Origin: Malacoraja senta
Lineage: Eukaryota
Reading direction: 5' to 3'
Assembly: GCA_038087875.1 (NCBI GenBank)
Contig: CM075990.1
Coordinates: forward strand, 3,102,001 to 3,166,000
Length of the DNA stretch: 64,000 nucleotides
Positions 61,515-64,000 of the stretch are shown here, piece after piece (the stretch's first letter is position 1; each line of letters starts with the position of its first letter). The notes below the pieces were generated by a model, which saw only the letters and a program-made list of their open reading frames with translations, was not told where the DNA came from and ran no database searches. The position numbers and the translations under genes were made by a program.

Positions 61515-61800
61515 ACACGGTGGCGCAGCTGTTGCCTCACAGCGCCAGAGACCCGGGTTCGATCCTGACTATGGGCGCTGTCCGTACGGAGTTTGTACGT
61601 TCTCCCTGTTGCCACGTGGGTTTCCTCCGGGTGCTCCGGTTTCCTCCCACATTCCAAAGACGTGCAGGTTGAAAGCTAATTGGCTTCTGCAAATTGTGCC
61701 TAGTGTGTCAGATATTGTCAGTGTACGGGTGGTCGGCATGGACTCGGTGGGCTGAAGGGCCTGTTTCCACGCTGTATCTCTAAAGTCAAAAGTCTAAAGT
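61515..61800 (+). mobile_element. HE1-like V-SINE
   Basis: Head, core and tail motifs. Confidence 0.85.
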
Positions 61801-61844
61801 GCCCTGTGCTCTACCGTCTGTACAATGCAGTGGTACATTCTGTC

Positions 61845-61980
61845 TCTTTCTCTTTCTTCTCTTCCTCCCCCACATCTCCTGGCCGCCTGCTTTCAGGCTC
61901 CTCAATTCTTCTCTGTCCTCCACTAGATCCAACGCCAACCCGTGCTTCTTCATATCTCCGGCCTCCACAAAGGGCCGGAA
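61845..61980 (-). mobile_element. RTE-clade 3' end fragment
   Basis: VEAGDMKKHGLALDLVEDREELRSL followed by an (AAG)-rich tail. Confidence 0.55.
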
Positions 61981-62314
61981 ACCAGTCCGACTACAGGCCA
62001 ATACATTTGGGCGGCTCCACTCAACACATTGGAACAGGTCCATGGATAGGAAAGGTTTACAGGGATATGGGCCAAACACGGGCAGCGGGGACCAGCGTAG
62101 GTGAGGCATTTTGGTCGGCATGGGCAAGTTGGGCCGTAGGGCCTGTTTCCGTGCTGCATGACTCTATAACTCTATGGTGGTGGCATTCCACAACATAGAA
62201 GATCACTCGATCTATCAATCTATATTGACAATGCCATCACCTCTGCATTCCATTCCTTATCTCCCCATATATCTTATTCAGCCACTTATTCTCATTTTGT
62301 TTTTGTGTCATCAT

Positions 62315-63110
62315 TAGTGATAGGAGCAGCATTAGGCCATTTGTCCCATCAAGTCTACCCTACCATGCAATCATGGCCGATCTATCTCTCCCTCCTAACC
62401 CCATTCACCTGCTTTCTCCCCACAACCCGTTCTAATCAAGAATATATCTATTTCTGCCTTAAAAATATCCAAAATATTGTCTATTGTCTATGCTCATATA
62501 AACATAGAAACATAGAAAATAGGTGCAGGAGTAGGCCATTCGGCCCTTCGAGCCTGCACCGCCATTCAATCTGATCATGGCTGATCATCCAACTCAGTAT
62601 CCTGTACCTGCCTTCTCTCCATACCCCCTGATCCCTTTAGCCACAAGGGCCACATCTAATTTCCTCTTAAATATAGCCAATGAACTGGCCTCAACTACTT
62701 TCTGTGGCAGAAAATTCCACAGATTCACCACTCTCTGTGTGAATTTTTTTTTTCTCTTCTCAATCCTAAAAGACTTCCCCCTTATCCTTAAACTGTGACC
62801 CCTTGTTCTGGACATCCCCAACATTGGGAACAATCGTCCTGCATCTAGCCTGTCCAACCCCTTAAGAATTTTGTAAGTTTCTATAAGATCCCCCCTCAAT
62901 TTTCTAAATTCTAGCGAGTACAAGCCAAGTCTATCTAGTCTTTCTTCAATTCTGAGACTATGACCTCTGGTCCTAGACTTTCCCACTAGTGGAAACATCC
63001 TCTCCACATCCATTATATCCAGGCCTTTAACTATTCAGTAAGTTTCAAAGAAGTTCCCCCTCATCCTTCGAAACTCCAGCAAGTGGAGGCCATGTGCCGT
63101 CAAACGCTCC
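62315..63110 (-). mobile_element. Nested CR1 3' fragments
   Basis: ORF 62594-63013 is a chimera of two CR1 subfamilies. Confidence 0.88.
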
Positions 63111-63442
63111 TCTCTTGCTTCTTACCGACACTTTCAGGTGGAAACGCCACCTATCCATGTTCTCCAGAGATGCTGCTGCCTGACCTGCTGAGTTCCTCCA
63201 GAACTGTGTGTCCCTTTGTGTAAACCAGCTCCTTGTTTCTACTTGTCTAGGAAGGAGCTGCGGATGCTGGTTTAAACCAAAGGTAGACACAAAAAGCTGG
63301 AGTAACTCAGCGGGACAGGCAGCATCTCTGGAGAGAAGCCAGATTTGAGTCTGAAGAAGGGTCTCGACCCATTCCTTCTCTCGAGAGATGCTGCCTGTCC
63401 CGCTGAATTACTCCAGCTTTTTGTGTTCTTCTTGTTTCGACT

Positions 63443-63576
63443 TCTTTATTTTACTTCTTCTGTCGTGTGTCTTTTAGACCTGCAGCTCCGTTGAGGCGAG
63501 CCAGGCCAACGTGTCATCGTCCAGGTCAATCAGACCTCATTCACCATTCGGTGGCCGGTGTTTGGGGGCAACTGGT
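63443..63576 (-). mobile_element. Second Vingi/Ingi-like 3' end
   Basis: Near-identical reverse complement of 31150-31270. Confidence 0.8.
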
Positions 63577-64000
63577 TTAACTTGTTGCTTTAACTTGAGA
63601 GCCCACTGAAGCAGTCTCTATTTGTGGATCTCCCATGGACGTTTAATTGTCTGAGCTACGCTCCCAACATCTCCGCCAGCTTGGACAATCTGCCCGGCAG
63701 CACCGACTGATCTCCCATATTGGTCTGCACGTGAGCACATTAATCAGTTGGATCTTTAACTCCATTAAATATATGCAGCCCATTAAAACAAGAAAATATC
63801 GAAATTAAAGTCTGCCGCAAAAGGCTATGATCATCTTCAGTATTAACTCTCCATTAAAATGATTAAGTACGCTGTAATATTTCTAAGTGTCAGATTAAAA
63901 TATTAATTTAATTTCTACTAAGTTATTTCAAACAGTACTTACATTTTTGTTCATTCCACCCCTCTCCCCTAGCTCCGATGATTTGTGCGACACTCTCAGG

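Overview
This is eukaryotic, non-coding (intronic or intergenic) DNA. I found no recognisable host protein-coding exon, RNA gene, CRISPR array or prokaryotic feature. The repeat content points to a cartilaginous fish, probably a skate or ray (inference). Most of the window is nested retrotransposon debris: about 45 tRNA-derived V-core HE1-like SINE copies or fragments, 3' fragments of at least three CR1/HER1-like LINE subfamilies, Rex1/Babar fragments, and Penelope-like (GIY-YIG) elements with minimal hammerhead ribozyme motifs. There are also single L1, Tx1, RTE and Vingi/Ingi-like pieces, hAT and Harbinger MITEs, a possible solo LTR, relics of an old Deu-domain SINE, long microsatellites and a 200-N gap. 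Nearly all ORFs in the track are TE or microsatellite read-throughs. Best leads: (1) many 100-350 bp Penelope-terminus insertions with 12-17 bp TSDs, two fixed end-points and frequent fold-back structure; (2) a 357-bp Vingi-like insertion with its 5' end inverted against its 3' end; (3) a complete ~390-bp bipartite RTE-derived retroposon; (4) an unclassified family with a conserved stem and variable loop; (5) a ~3.7 kb TE-free island near 25.8-29.5 kb that looks regulatory. Family names come from recalled consensus motifs, not database searches. Most boundaries are approximate (about +/-10-20 bp) unless a TSD is quoted.
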